64,000 bases of DNA from Tubulanus polymorphus. Taxonomy: Eukaryota > Animalia > Nemertea. The stretch is from positions 12,450,275-12,514,274 of the forward strand of contig NC_134032.1 in assembly GCF_964204645.1 (NCBI RefSeq). The letters are read 5' to 3'. The notes beneath the pieces are model-generated. The model searched no databases and was not told the origin of the DNA. It saw only the letters and a list, made by a program, of their open reading frames with translations. Made by a program: the position numbers and the translations under genes. Shown here piece by piece: positions 46,401 through 59,220 of this stretch. Every line of letters begins with the position of its first letter. Position 1 is the first letter of the stretch.

Positions 46401-49400
46401 GAGGGTATTGGTTTAGGGTCTCAAGGATTTAATCTAGAGGGTTTCGGTTTAGAATCTGTCGGTTAAACATTTAGTGGATAAGGGGTTAGAGGGTTTTTAC
46501 TTTGAAGGATTTAAGTTAATAGGTTTAGGGTATCAAGTCTGGTTTAGGATTAATAGGGTCTAAAGGGTAAAGTTTTAGAGACTATAGGTTTAAGGTATTA
46601 AGTAAGTAGGTTTAGGTTTAAAGGATACGTATGGTTGGGGCTTAAGAGACCATAGGTTTACAGTCTCAGCCATTGAGAAAGGATCTTGAACACAAATCTG
46701 TCTCACGACGACTTGTGTTTCCAGTCTTCTCATCAGTAAACGTCTGCGCTTATCTTGTCAGCTTTCATCTCCTCGAGACTTCTTGCCAGTTTTCATCTTC
46801 AGTCTTGCCATTAGGTAACATCTCCTTTGGATCTTATCAGTGTTCTTCACCACATCTCTTTGCATTTAACCAAACTTCCTGAACTTAAAAACAAAAAGCA
46901 TGGCCAAAGCCAAACATGCGATAATGCAAGTATTACGATTAAGATGCGGGCAGAGGGAGGAGGGGCTCGGGGGCTATGGGTTTAGAGTGTGTAAGTTTTG
47001 AATTAATAGCTTAAGGCTTTAGAGGGTTTAAGAGAATATAGCTTAAGGCTTTAGGAACTTAAGGTTTAGGGTTTAGAGGGTGTTGGTTTAGAGGGTATTG
47101 GTTTAGGGTCTCAAGGATTTAATCTAGAGGGTTTCGGTTTAGAATCTGTCGGTTAAACATTTAGTGAATAAGGGGTTAGAGGGTTTTAAGTTAATAGGTT
47201 TAGGGTATCAAGTCTGGTTTAGGATTAAGAGGGTCTAAAGGGTAAAGTTTTAGAGACTATAAGTTTAAGGTATTAAGTAAGTAGGTTTAGGTTTTCAAGG
47301 ATACGTATGGTTGGGGCTTAAGAGACTATAGGTTTACAGTCTCAGCCATTGAGAAAGGATCTTGAAAACAAATCTGTCTCACGACGACTAGTGTTTCCAG
47401 TCTTCTCATCAGTAAACATCTTCGCTTATCTTGTCAGCTTTCATCTCCTCGAGACTTCTTGCCAGTTTTCATCTTCAGTCTTGCCATTAGGTAACATCTC
47501 CTTTGGATCTTATCAGTTTTCTTCACCACATCTCTTTGCATTTAACCAAACTTCCTGAACTTAAAAACAAAAAGCATGGCCAAAGCCAAACATGCGATAA
47601 TGCAAGTATTACGGTTAAGATGCGGGCAGAGGGAGGAGGGGCTCGGGGGCCATGGGTTTAGAGTGTGTAAGTTTTGAATTAATAGCTTAAGGCTTTAGAG
47701 GATTTAAGAGAATATAGCTTAAGGCTTTAGGAACTTAAGGTTTAGGGTTTAGAGGGTGTTGGTTTAGAGGGTATTGGTTTAGGGTCTAAAGGATTTAATC
47801 TAGAGGGTTTCGGTTTAGAATCTGTCGGTTAAACATTTAGTGGATAAGGGGTTAGAGGGTTTTTGCTTAGAAGGGATTTAAGTTAATAGGTTTAGGGTAT
47901 CAAGTCTGGTTTAGGATTAAGAGGGTCTAAAGGGTAAAGTTTTAGAGACTATAGGCTTAAGGTATTAAGTTAGTAGGTTTAGGTTTAAAGGATACGTATG
48001 GTTGGGGCTAAAGAGACTATAGGTTTACAGTCTCAGCCATTGAGAAAGGATCTTGAAAACAAATCTGTCTCACAACGACAAGTGTTTCCAGTCTTCTCAT
48101 CAGTAATCGTCTGCGCTTATCTTGTCAGCTTTCATCTCCTCGAGACTTCTTGCCAGTTTTCATCTTCAGTCTTGCCATTAGGTAACATCTCCTTTGGATC
48201 TCATCAGTTTTCTTCACCACATCTCTTTGCATTTAACCAAACTTCCTGAACTTAAAAACAAAAAGCATGGCCAAAGCCAAACATGCGATAATGCAAGTAT
48301 TACGATTAAGATGCGGGCAGAGGGAGGAGGGGCTCGGGGGCTATGGGTTTAGAGTGTGTAAGTTTTGAATTAATAGCTTAAGGCTTTAGAGGGTTTAAGA
48401 GAATATAGCTTAAGGCTTTAGGAACTTAAGGTTTAGGGTTTAGAGGGTGTTGGTTTAGAGGGTATTGGTTTAGGGTCTAAAGGATTTAATCTAGAGGGTT
48501 TCGGTTTAGAATCTGTCGGTTAAACATTTAGTGGATAAGGGGTTAGAGGGTTTAAGTTAATAGGTTTAGGGTATCAAGTCTGGTTTAGGATTAAGAGGGT
48601 CTAAAGGGTAAAGTTTTAGAGACTAGAAGTTTAAGGTATTAAGTAAGTAGGTTTAGGTTTTAAAGGATACGTATGGTTGGGGCTTAAGAGACTATAGGTT
48701 TACAGTCTCAGCCATTGAGAAAGGATCTTGAAAACAAATCTGTCTCACGACGACTAGTGTTTCCAGTCTTCTCATCAGTAAACATCTTCGCTTATCTTGT
48801 CAGCTTTCATCTCCTCGAGACTTCTTGCCAGTTTTCATCTTCAGTCTTGCCATTAGGTAACATCTCCTTTGGATCTTATCAGTTTTCTTCACCACATCTC
48901 TTTGCATTTAACCAAACTTCCTGAACTTAAAAACAAAAAGCATGGCCAAAGCCAAACATGCGATAATGCAAGTATTACGGTTAAGATGCGGGCAGAGGGA
49001 GGAGGGGCTCGGGGGCCATGGGTTTAGAGTGTGTAAGTTTTGAATTAATAGCTTAAGGCTTTAGAGGGTTTAAGAGAATATAGCTTAAGGCTTTAGGAAC
49101 TTAAGGTTTAGGGTTTAGAGGGTGTTGGTTTAGAGGGTATTGGTTTAGGGTCTAAAGGATTTAATCTAGAGGGTTTCGGTTTAGAATCTGTCGGTTAAAC
49201 ATTTAGTGGATAAGGGGTTAGAGGGTTTTTGCTTGGAAGGGATTTAAGTTAATAGGTTTAGGGTATCAAGTCTGGTTTAGGATTAAGAGGGTCTAAAGGG
49301 TAAAGTTTTAGAGACTATAGGTTTAAGGTATCAAGTAAGTAGGTTTAGGTTTTAAAGGATACGTATGGTTGGGGCTTAAGAGACTATAATAGGTTTACAA

Positions 49401-52400
49401 TCTCAGCCATTGAGAAAGGATCTTGAACACAAATCTGTCTCACGACGACTTGTGTTTCCAGTCTTCTCATCAGTAAACGTCTGCGCTTATCTTGTCAGCT
49501 TTCATCTCCTCGAGACTTCTTGCCAGTTTTCATCTTCAGTCTTGCCATTAGGTAACATCTGCTTTGGATCTTATCAGTGTTCTTCACCACATCTCTTTGC
49601 ATTTAACCAAACTTCCTGAACTTAAAAACAAAAAGCATGGCCAAAGCCAAACATGCGATAATGCAAGTATTACGATTAAGATGCGGGCAGAGGGAGGAGG
49701 GGCTCGGGGGCTATGGGTTTAGAGTGTGTAAGTTTTGAATTAATAGCTTAAGGCTTTAGAGGGTTTAAGAGAATATAGCTTAAGGCTTTAGGAACTTAAG
49801 GTTTAGGGTTTAGAGGGTGTTGGTTTAGAGGGTATTGGTTTAGGGTCTCAAAGATTTAATCTAGAGGGTTTCGGTTTAGAATCTGTCGGTTAAACATTTA
49901 GTGGATAAGGGGTTAGAGGGTTTTAAGTTAATAGGTTTAGGGTATCAAGTCTGGTTTAGGATTAAGAGGGTCTAAAGGGTAAAGTTTTAGAGACTATAAG
50001 TTTAAGGTATTAAGTAAGTAGGTTTAGGTTTTAAAGGATACGTATGGTTGAGGCTTAAGAGACTATAGGTTTACAGTCTCAGCCATTGAGAAAGGATCTT
50101 GAAAACAAATCTGTCTCACGATGACTAGTGTTTCCAGTCTTCTCATCAGTAAACATCTTCGCTTATCTTGTCAGCTTTCATCTCCTCGAGACTTCTTGCC
50201 AGTTTTCATCTTCAGTCTTGCCATTAGGTAACATCTCCTTTGGATCTTATCAGTTTTCTTCACCACATCTCTTTGCATTTAACCAAACTTCCTGAACTTA
50301 AAAACAAAAAGCATGGCCAAAGCCAAACATGCGATAATGCAAGTATTACGGTTAAGATGCGGGCAGAGGGAGGAGGGGCTCGGGGGCTATGGGTTTAGAG
50401 TGTGTAAGTTTTGAATTAATAGCTTAAGGCTTTAGAGGGTTTAAGAGAATATAGCTTAAGGCTTTAGGAACTTAAGGTTTAGGGTTTAGAGGGTGTTGGT
50501 TTAGAGGGTATTGGTTTAGGGTCTAAAGGATTTAATCTAGAGGGTTTCGGTTTAGAATCTGTCGGTTAAACATTTAGTGGATAAGGGGTTAGAGGGTTTT
50601 TGCTTGGAAGGGATTTAAGTTAATAGGTTTAGGGTATCAAGTCTGGTTTAGGATTAAGAGGGTCTAAAGGGTAAAGTTTTAGAGACTATAGGCTTAAGGT
50701 ATTAAGTAAGTAGGTTTAGGTTTTTAAGGATACGTATGGTTGGGGCTTAAGAGACTATAGGTTTACAGTCTCAGCCATTGAGAAAGGATCTTGAAAACAA
50801 ATCTGTCTCACGACGACTAGTGTTTCCAGTCTTCTCATCAGTAAACATCTTCGCTTATCTTGTCAGCTTTCATCTCCTCGAGACTTCTTGCCAGTTTTCA
50901 TCTTCAGTCTTGCCATTAGGTAACATCTCCTTTGGATCTTATCAGTTTTCTTCACCACATCTCTTTGCATTTAACCAAACTTCCTGAACTTAAAAACAAA
51001 AAGCATGGCCAAAGCCAAACATGCGATAATGCAAGTATTACGGTTAAGATGCGGGCAGAGGGAGGAGGGGCTCGGGGGCTATGGGTTTAGAGTGTGTAAG
51101 TTTTGAATTAATAGCTTAAGGCTTTAGAGGGTTTAAGAGAATATAGCTTAAGGCTTTAGGAACTTAAGGTTTAGGGTTTAGAGGGTGTTGGTTTAGAGGG
51201 TATTGGTTTAGGGTCTAAAGGATTTAATCTAGAGGGTTTCGGTTTAGAATCTGTCGGTTAAACATTTAGTGGATAAGGGGTTAGAGGGTTTTTGCTTGGA
51301 AGGGATTTAAGTTAATAGGTTTAGGGTATCAAGTCTGGTTTAGGATTAAAAGGGTCTAAAGGGTAAAGTTTTAGAGACTATAAGTTTAAGGTATTAAGTA
51401 AGTAGGTTTAGGTTTTAAAGGATACGTATGGTTGGGGCTTAAGAGACTATAGGTTTACAGTCTCAGCCATTGAGAAAGGATCTTGAAAACAAATCTGTCT
51501 CACGACGACTAGTGTTTCCAGTCTTCTCATCAGTAAACATCTTCGCTTATCTTGTCAGCTTTCATCTCCTCGAGACTTCTTGCCAGTTTTCATCTTCAGT
51601 CTTGCCATTAGGTAACATCTCCTTTGGATCTTATCAGTTTTCTTCACCACATCTCTTTGCATTTAACCAAACTTCCTGAACTTAAAAACAAAAAGCATGG
51701 CCAAAGCCAAACATGCGATAATGCAAGTATTACGGTTAAGATGCGGGCAGAGGGAGGAGGGGCTCGGGGGCTATGGGTTTAGAGTGTGTAAGTTTTGAAT
51801 TAATAGCTTAAGGCTTTAGAGGGTTTAAGAGAATATAGCTTAAGGCTTTAGGAACTTAAGGTTTAGGGTTTAGAGGGTGTTGGTTTAGAGGGTATTGGTT
51901 TAGGGTCTAAAGGATTTAATCTAGAGGGTTTCGGTTTAGAATCTGTCGGTTAAACATTTAGTGGATAAGGGGTTAGAGGGTTTTAAGTTAATAGGTTTAG
52001 GGTATCAAGTCTGGTTTAGGATTAAGAGGGTCTAAAGGGTAAAGTTTTAGAGACTATAGGCTTAAGGTATTAAGTTAGTAGGTTTAGGTTTAAAGGATAT
52101 GTATGGTTGGGGCTTAAGAGACTATAAGTTTACAGTCTCGGCCATTGAGAAAGGATCTTGAAAACAAATCTGTCTGACGACGACTTGTGTTTCCAGTCTT
52201 CTCATCAGTAATCGTCTGCGCTTATCTTGTCAGCTTTCATCTCCTCGAGACTTCTTGCCAGTTTTCATCTTCAGTCTTGCCATTAGGTAACATCTCCTTT
52301 GGATCTCATCAGTTTTCTTCACCACATCTCTTTGCATTTAACCAAACTTCCTGAACTTAAAAACAAAAAGCATGGCCAAAGCCAAACATGCGATAATGCA

Positions 52401-55400
52401 AGTATTACGATTAAGATGCGGGCAGAGGGAGGAGGGGCTCGGGGGCTATGGGTTTAGAGTGTGTAAGTTTTGAATTAATAGCTTAAGGCTTTAGAGGGTT
52501 TAAGAGAATATAGCTTAAGGCTTTAGGAACTTAAGGTTTAGGGTTTAGAGGGTGTTGGTTTAGAGGGTATTGGTTTAGGGTCTCAAGGATTTAATCTAGA
52601 GGGTTTGGGTTTAGAATCTGTCGGTTAAACATTTAGTGGATAAGGGGTTAGAGGGTTTTGCTTGGAAGGGATTTAAGTTAATAGGTTTAGGGTATCAAGT
52701 CTGGTTTAGGGTTCAGAGGGTCTAAAGGGTAAAGTTTTAGAGACTATAGGTTTAAGGTATTAAGTAAGTAGGTTTAGGTTTTAAAGGATACGTATGGTTG
52801 GGGCTTAAGAGACTATAGGTTTACAGTCTCAGCCATTGAGAAAGGATCTTGAAAACAAATCTGTCTCACAACGACAAGTGTTTCCAGTCTTCTCATCAGT
52901 AAACATCTTCGCTTATCTTGTCAGCTTTCATCTCCTCGAGACTTCTTGCCAGTTTTCATCTTCAGTCTTGCCATTAGGTAACATCTCCTTTGGATCTTAT
53001 CAGTTTTCTTCACCACATCTCTTTGCATTTAACCAAACTTCCTGAACTTAAAAACAAAAAGCATGGCCAAAGCCAAACATGCGATAATGCAAGTATTACG
53101 GTTAAGATGCGGGCAGAGGGAGGAGGGGCTCGGGGGCTATGGGTTTAGAGTGTGTAAGTTTTGAATTAATAGCTTAAGGCTTTAGTGGGTTTAAGAGAAT
53201 ATAGCTTAAGGCTTTAGGAACTTAAGGTTTAGGGTTTAGAGGGTGTTGGTTTAGAGGGTATTGGTTTAGGGTCTCAAGGATTTAATCTAGAGGGTTTCGG
53301 TTTAGAATCTGTCGGTTAAACATTTAGTGGATAAGGGGTTAGAGGGTTTTTACTTTGAAGGGATTTAAGTTAATAGGTTTAGGGTATCAAGTCTGGTTTA
53401 GGATTAAGAGGGTCTAAAGGGTAAAGTTTTAGAGACTATAGGCTTAAGGTATTAAGTTAGTAGGTTTAGGTTTAAAGGATACGTATGGTTGGGGCTTAAG
53501 AGACTATAGGTTTACAGTCTCAGCCATTGAGAAAGGATCTTGAAAACAAATCTGTCTCACAACGACAAGTGTTTCCAGTCTTCTCATCAGTAATCGTCTG
53601 CGCTTATCTTGTCAGCTTTCATCTCCTCGAGACTTCTTGCCAGTTTTCATCTTCAGTCTTGCCATTAGGTAACATCTCCTTTGGATCTTATCAGTGTTCT
53701 TCACCACATCTCTTTGCATTTAACCAAACTTCCTGAACTTAAAAACAAAAAGCATGGCCAAAGCCAAACATGCGATAATGCAAGTATTACGATTAAGATG
53801 CGGGCAGAGGGAGGAGGGGCTCGGGGGCTATGGGTTTAGAGTGTGTAAGTTTTGAATTAATAGCTTAAGGCTTTAGAGGGTTTAAGAGAATATAGCTTAA
53901 GGCTTTAGGAACTTAAGGTTTAGGGTTTAGAGGGTGTTGGTTTAGAGGGTATTGGTTTAGGGTCTAAAGGATTTAATCTAGAGGGTTTCGGTTTAGAATC
54001 TGTCGGTTAAACATTTAGTGGATAAGGGGTTAGAGGGTTTAAGTTAATAGGTTTAGGGTATCAAGTCTGGTTTAGGATTAAGAGGGTCTAAAGGGTAAAG
54101 TTTTAGAGACTAGAAGTTTAAGGTATTAAGTAAGTAGGTTTAGGTTTTAAAGGATACGTATGGTTGGGGCTTAAGAGACTATAGGTTTACAGTCTCAGCC
54201 ATTGAGAAAGGATCTTGAAAACAAATCTGTCTCACGACGACTAGTGTTTCCAGTCTTCTCATCAGTAAACATCTTCGCTTATCTTGTCAGCTTTCATCTC
54301 CTCGAGACTTCTTGCCAGTTTTCATCTTCAGTCTTGCCATTAGGTAACATCTCCTTTGGATCTAATCAGTTTTCTTCACCACATCTCTTTGCATTTAACC
54401 AAACTTCCTGAACTTAAAAACAAAAAGCATGGCCAAAGCCAAACATGCGATAATGCAAGTATTACGGTTAAGATGCGGGCAGAGGGAGGAGGGGCTCGGG
54501 GGCCATGGGTTTAGAGTGTGTAAGTTTTGAATTAATAGCTTAAGGCTTTAGAGGGTTTAAGAGAATATAGCTTAAGGCTTTAGGAACTTAAGGTTTAGGG
54601 TTTAGAGGGTGTTGGTTTAGAGGGTATTGGTTTAGGGTCTAAAGGATTTAATCTAGAGGGTTTCGGTTTAGAATCTGTCGGTTAAACATTTAGTGGATAA
54701 GGGGTTAGAGGGTTTTTGCTTGGAAGGGATTTAAGTTAATAGGTTTAGGGTATCAAGTCTGGTTTAGGATTAAGAGGGTCTAAAGGGTAAAGTTTTAGAG
54801 ACTATAGGTTTAAGGTATCAAGTAAGTAGGTTTAGGTTTTAAAGGATACGTATGGTTGGGGCTTAAGAGACTATAATAGGTTTACAATCTCAGCCATTGA
54901 GAAAGGATCTTGAACACAAATCTGTCTCACGACGACTTGTGTTTCCAGTCTTCTCATCAGTAAACGTCTGCGCTTATCTTGTCAGCTTTCATCTCCTCGA
55001 GACTTCTTGCCAGTTTTCATCTTCAGTCTTGCCATTAGGTAACATCTGCTTTGGATCTTATCAGTGTTCTTCACCACATCTCTTTGCATTTAACCAAACT
55101 TCCTGAACTTAAAAACAAAAAGCATGGCCAAAGCCAAACATGCGATAATGCAAGTATTACGATTAAGATGCGGGCAGAGGGAGGAGGGGCTCGGGGGCTA
55201 TGGGTTTAGAGTGTGTAAGTTTTGAATTAATAGCTTAAGGCTTTAGAGGGTTTAAGAGAATATAGCTTAAGGCTTTAGGAACTTAAGGTTTAGGGTTTAG
55301 AGGGTGTTGGTTTAGAGGGTATTGGTTTAGGGTCTCAAGGATTTAATCTAGAGGGTTTCGGTTTAGAATCTGTCGGTTAAACATTTAGTGAATAAGGGGT

Positions 55401-58400
55401 TAGAGGGTTTTAAGTTAATAGGTTTAGGGTATCAAGTCTGGTTTAGGATTAAGAGGGTCTAAAGGGTAAAGTTTTAGAGACTATAAGTTTAAGGTATTAA
55501 GTAAGTAGGTTTAGGTTTTCAAGGATACGTATGGTTGGGGCTTAAGAGACTATAGGTTTACAGTCTCAGCCATTGAGAAAGGATCTTGAAAACAAATCTG
55601 TCTCACGACGACTAGTGTTTCCAGTCTTCTCATCAGTAAACATCTTCGCTTATCTTGTCAGCTTTCATCTCCTCGAGACTTCTTGCCAGTTTTCATCTTC
55701 AGTCTTGCCATTAGGTAACATCTCCTTTGGATCTTATCAGTTTTCTTCACCACATCTCTTTGCATTTAACCAAACTTCCTGAACTTAAAAACAAAAAGCA
55801 TGGCCAAAGCCAAACATGCGATAATGCAAGTATTACGGTTAAGATGCGGGCAGAGGGAGGAGGGGCTCGGGGGCCATGGGTTTAGAGTGTGTAAGTTTTG
55901 AATTAATAGCTTAAGGCTTTAGAGGATTTGAGAATATAGCTTAAGGCTTTAGGAACTTAAGGTTTAGGGTTTAGAGGGTGTTGGTTTAGAGGGTATTGGT
56001 TTAGGGTCTAAAGGATTTAATCTAGAGGGTTTCGGTTTAGAATCTGTCGGTTAAACATTTAGTGGATAAGGGGTTAGAGGGTTTTTGCTTAGAAGGGATT
56101 TAAGTTAATAGGTTTAGGGTATCAAGTCTGGTTTAGGATTAAGAGGGTCTAAAGGGTAAAGTTTTAGAGACTATAGGCTTAAGGTATTAAGTTAGTAGGT
56201 TTAGGTTTAAAGGATACGTATGGTTGGGGCTTAAGAGACTATAGGTTTACAGTCTCAGCCATTGAGAAAGGATCTTGAAAACAAATCTGTCTCACAACGA
56301 CAAGTGTTTCCAGTCTTCTCATCAGTAATCGTCTGCGCTTATCTTGTCAGCTTTCATCTCCTCGAGACTTCTTGCCAGTTTTCATCTTCAGACTTGCCAT
56401 TAGGTAACATCTACTTTGGATCTCATCAGTTTTCTTCACCACATCTCTTTGCATTTAACCAAACTTCCTGAACTTAAAAACAAAAAGCATGGCCAAAGCC
56501 AAACATGCGATAATGCAAGTATTACGGTTAAGATGCGGGCAGAGGGAGGAGGGGCTCGGGGGCTATGGGTTTAGAGTGTGTAAGTTTTGAATTAATAGCT
56601 TAAGGCTTTAGTGGGTTTAAGAGAATATAGCTTAAGGCTTTAGGAACTTAAGGTTTAGGGTTTAGAGGGTGTTGGTTTAGAGGGTATTGGTTTAGGGTCT
56701 CAAGGATTTAATCTAGAGGGTTTCGGTTTAGAATCTGTCGGTTTAACATTTAGTGGATAAGGGGTTAGAGGGTTTTTACTTTGAAGGGATTTAAGTTAAT
56801 AGGTTTAGGGTATCAAGTCTGGTTTAGGATTAATAGGGTCTAAAGGGTAAAGTTTTAGAGACTATAGGTTTAAGGTATTAAGTAAGTAGGTTTAGGTTTA
56901 AAGGATACGTATGGTTGGGGCTTAAGAGACCATAGGTTTACAGTCTCAGCCATAGAGAAAGGATCTTGAACACAAATCTGTCTCACGACGACTTGTGTTT
57001 CCAGTCTTCTCATCAGTAAACGTCTGCGCTTATCTTGTCAGCTTTCATCTCCTCGAGACTTCTTGCCAGTTTTCATCTTCAGTCTTGCCATTAGGTAACA
57101 TCTCCTTTGGATCTTATCAGTGTTCTTCACCACATCTCTTTGCATTTAACCAAACTTCCTGAACTTAAAAACAAAAAGCATGGCCAAAGCCAAACATGCG
57201 ATAATGCAAGTATTACGATTAAGATGCGGGCAGAGGGAGGAGGGGCTCGGGGGCTATGGGTTTAGAGTGTGTAAGTTTTGAATTAATAGCTTAAGGCTTT
57301 AGAGGGTTTAAGAGAATATAGCTTAAGGCTTTAGGAACTTAAGGTTTAGGGTTTAGAGGGTGTTGGTTTAGAGGGTATTGGTTTAGGGTCTCAAGGATTT
57401 AATCTAGAGGGTTTCGGTTTAGAATCTGTCGGTTAAACATTTAGTGAATAAGAGGTTAGAGGGTTTTAAGTTAATAGGTTTAGGGTATCAAGTCTGGTTT
57501 AGGATTAAGAGGGTCTAAAGGGTAAAGTTTTAGAGACTATAAGTTTAAGGTATTAAGTAAGTAGGTTTAGGTTTTCAAGGATACGTATGGTTGGGGCTTA
57601 AGAGACTATAGGTTTACAGTCTCAGCCATTGAGAAAGGATCTTGAAAACAAATCTGTCTCACGACGACTAGTGTTTCCAGTCTTCTCATCAGTAAACATC
57701 TTCGCTTATCTTGTCAGCTTTCATCTCCTCGAGACTTCTTGCCAGTTTTCATCTTCAGTCTTGCCATTAGGTAACATCTCCTTTGGATCTTATCAGTTTT
57801 CTTCACCACATCTATTTGCATTTAACCAAACTTCCTGAACTTAAAAACAAAAAGCATGGCCAAAGCCAAACATGCGATAATGCAAGTATTACGGTTAAGA
57901 TGCGGGCAGAGGGAGGAGGGGCTCGGGGGCCATGGGTTTAGAGTGTGTAAGTTTTGAATTAATAGCTTAAGGCTTTAGAGGATTTGAGAATATAGCTTAA
58001 GGCTTTAGGAACTTAAGGTTTAGGGTTTAGAGGGTGTTGGTTTAGAGGGTATTGGTTTAGGGTCTAAAGGATTTAATCTAGAGGGTTTCGGTTTAGAATC
58101 TGTCGGTTAAACATTTAGTGGATAAGGGGTTAGAGGGTTTTTGCTTAGAAGGGATTTAAGTTAATAGGTTTAGGGTATCAAGTCTGGTTTAGGATTAAGA
58201 GGGTCTAAAGGGTAAAGTTTTAGAGACTATAGGCTTAAGGTATTAAGTTAGTAGGTTTAGGTTTAAAGGATACGTATGGTTGGGGCTTAAGAGACTATAG
58301 GTTTACAGTCTCAGCCATTGAGAAAGGATCTTGAAAACAAATCTGTCTCACAACGACAAGTGTTTCCAGTCTTCTCATCAGTAATCGTCTGCGCTTATCT

Positions 58401-59220
58401 TGTCAGCTTTCATCTCCTCGAGACTTCTTGCCAGTTTTCATCTTCAGACTTGCCATTAGGTAACATCTACTTTGGATCTCATCAGTTTTCTTCACCACAT
58501 CTCTTTGCATTTAACCAAACTTCCTGAACTTAAAAACAAAAAGCATGGCCAAAGCCAAACATGCGATAATGCAAGTATTACGGTTAAGATGCGGGCAGAG
58601 GGAGGAGGGGCTCGGGGGCTATGGGTTTAGAGTGTGTAAGTTTTGAATTAATAGCTTAAGGCTTTAGTGGGTTTAAGAGAATATAGCTTAAGGCTTTAGG
58701 AACTTAAGGTTTAGGGTTTAGAGGGTGTTGGTTTAGAGGGTATTGGTTTAGGGTCTCAAGGATTTAATCTAGAGGGTTTCGGTTTAGAATCTGTCGGTTT
58801 AACATTTAGTGGATAAGGGGTTAGAGGGTTTTTACTTTGAAGGGATTTAAGTTAATAGGTTTAGGGTATCAAGTCTGGTTTAGGGTTCAGAGGGTCTAAA
58901 GGGTAAAGTTTTAGAGACTATAGGTTTAAGGTATTAAGTAAGTAGGTTTAGGTTTTAAAGGATACGTATGGTTGGGGCTTAAGAGACTATAGGTTTACAG
59001 TCTCAGCCATTGAGAAAGGATCTTGAAAACAAATCTGTCTCACAACGACAAGTGTTTCCAGTCTTCTCATCAGTAAACATCTTCGCTTATCTTGTCAGCT
59101 TTCATCTCCTCGAGACTTGCCAGTTTTCATCTTCAGTCTTGCCATTAGGTAACATCTCCTTTGGATCTTATCAGTTTTCTTCACCACATCTCTTTGCATT
59201 TAACCAAACTTCCTGAACTT
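34480..59220. repeat. Tandem macrosatellite: 36 highly similar units of 675-705 bp (main classes ~691 and ~676 bp)
   Basis: Marker cagcca(t/-)tgagaaaggatc recurs from 34987 to 59010 with spacings of 675-705. Unit = linker (cctgaacttaaaaacaaaaagcatggccaaagcc...) + ~420-bp GGTTTAG-rich half + ~210-bp C/T-rich half. Confidence 0.98.

Noticed and set aside
34987-59216. Repeated 69-aa ORF (MRKDLE...) in each satellite unit as a tandem gene family
   Set aside because: Starts at TTG, lies in the pyrimidine-rich half where stops are rare, is broken in several units (e.g. TGA at ~36385, ~44638, ~52175; TAG at ~56953), and has no recognisable domain.
34480-59220. True telomeric array, or rDNA/5S/snRNA/histone tandem cluster
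   Set aside because: No run of perfect (TTAGGG)n or (TTTAGGG)n beyond ~2 copies; no recognisable 5S, U-snRNA, tRNA or histone sequence in the unit.
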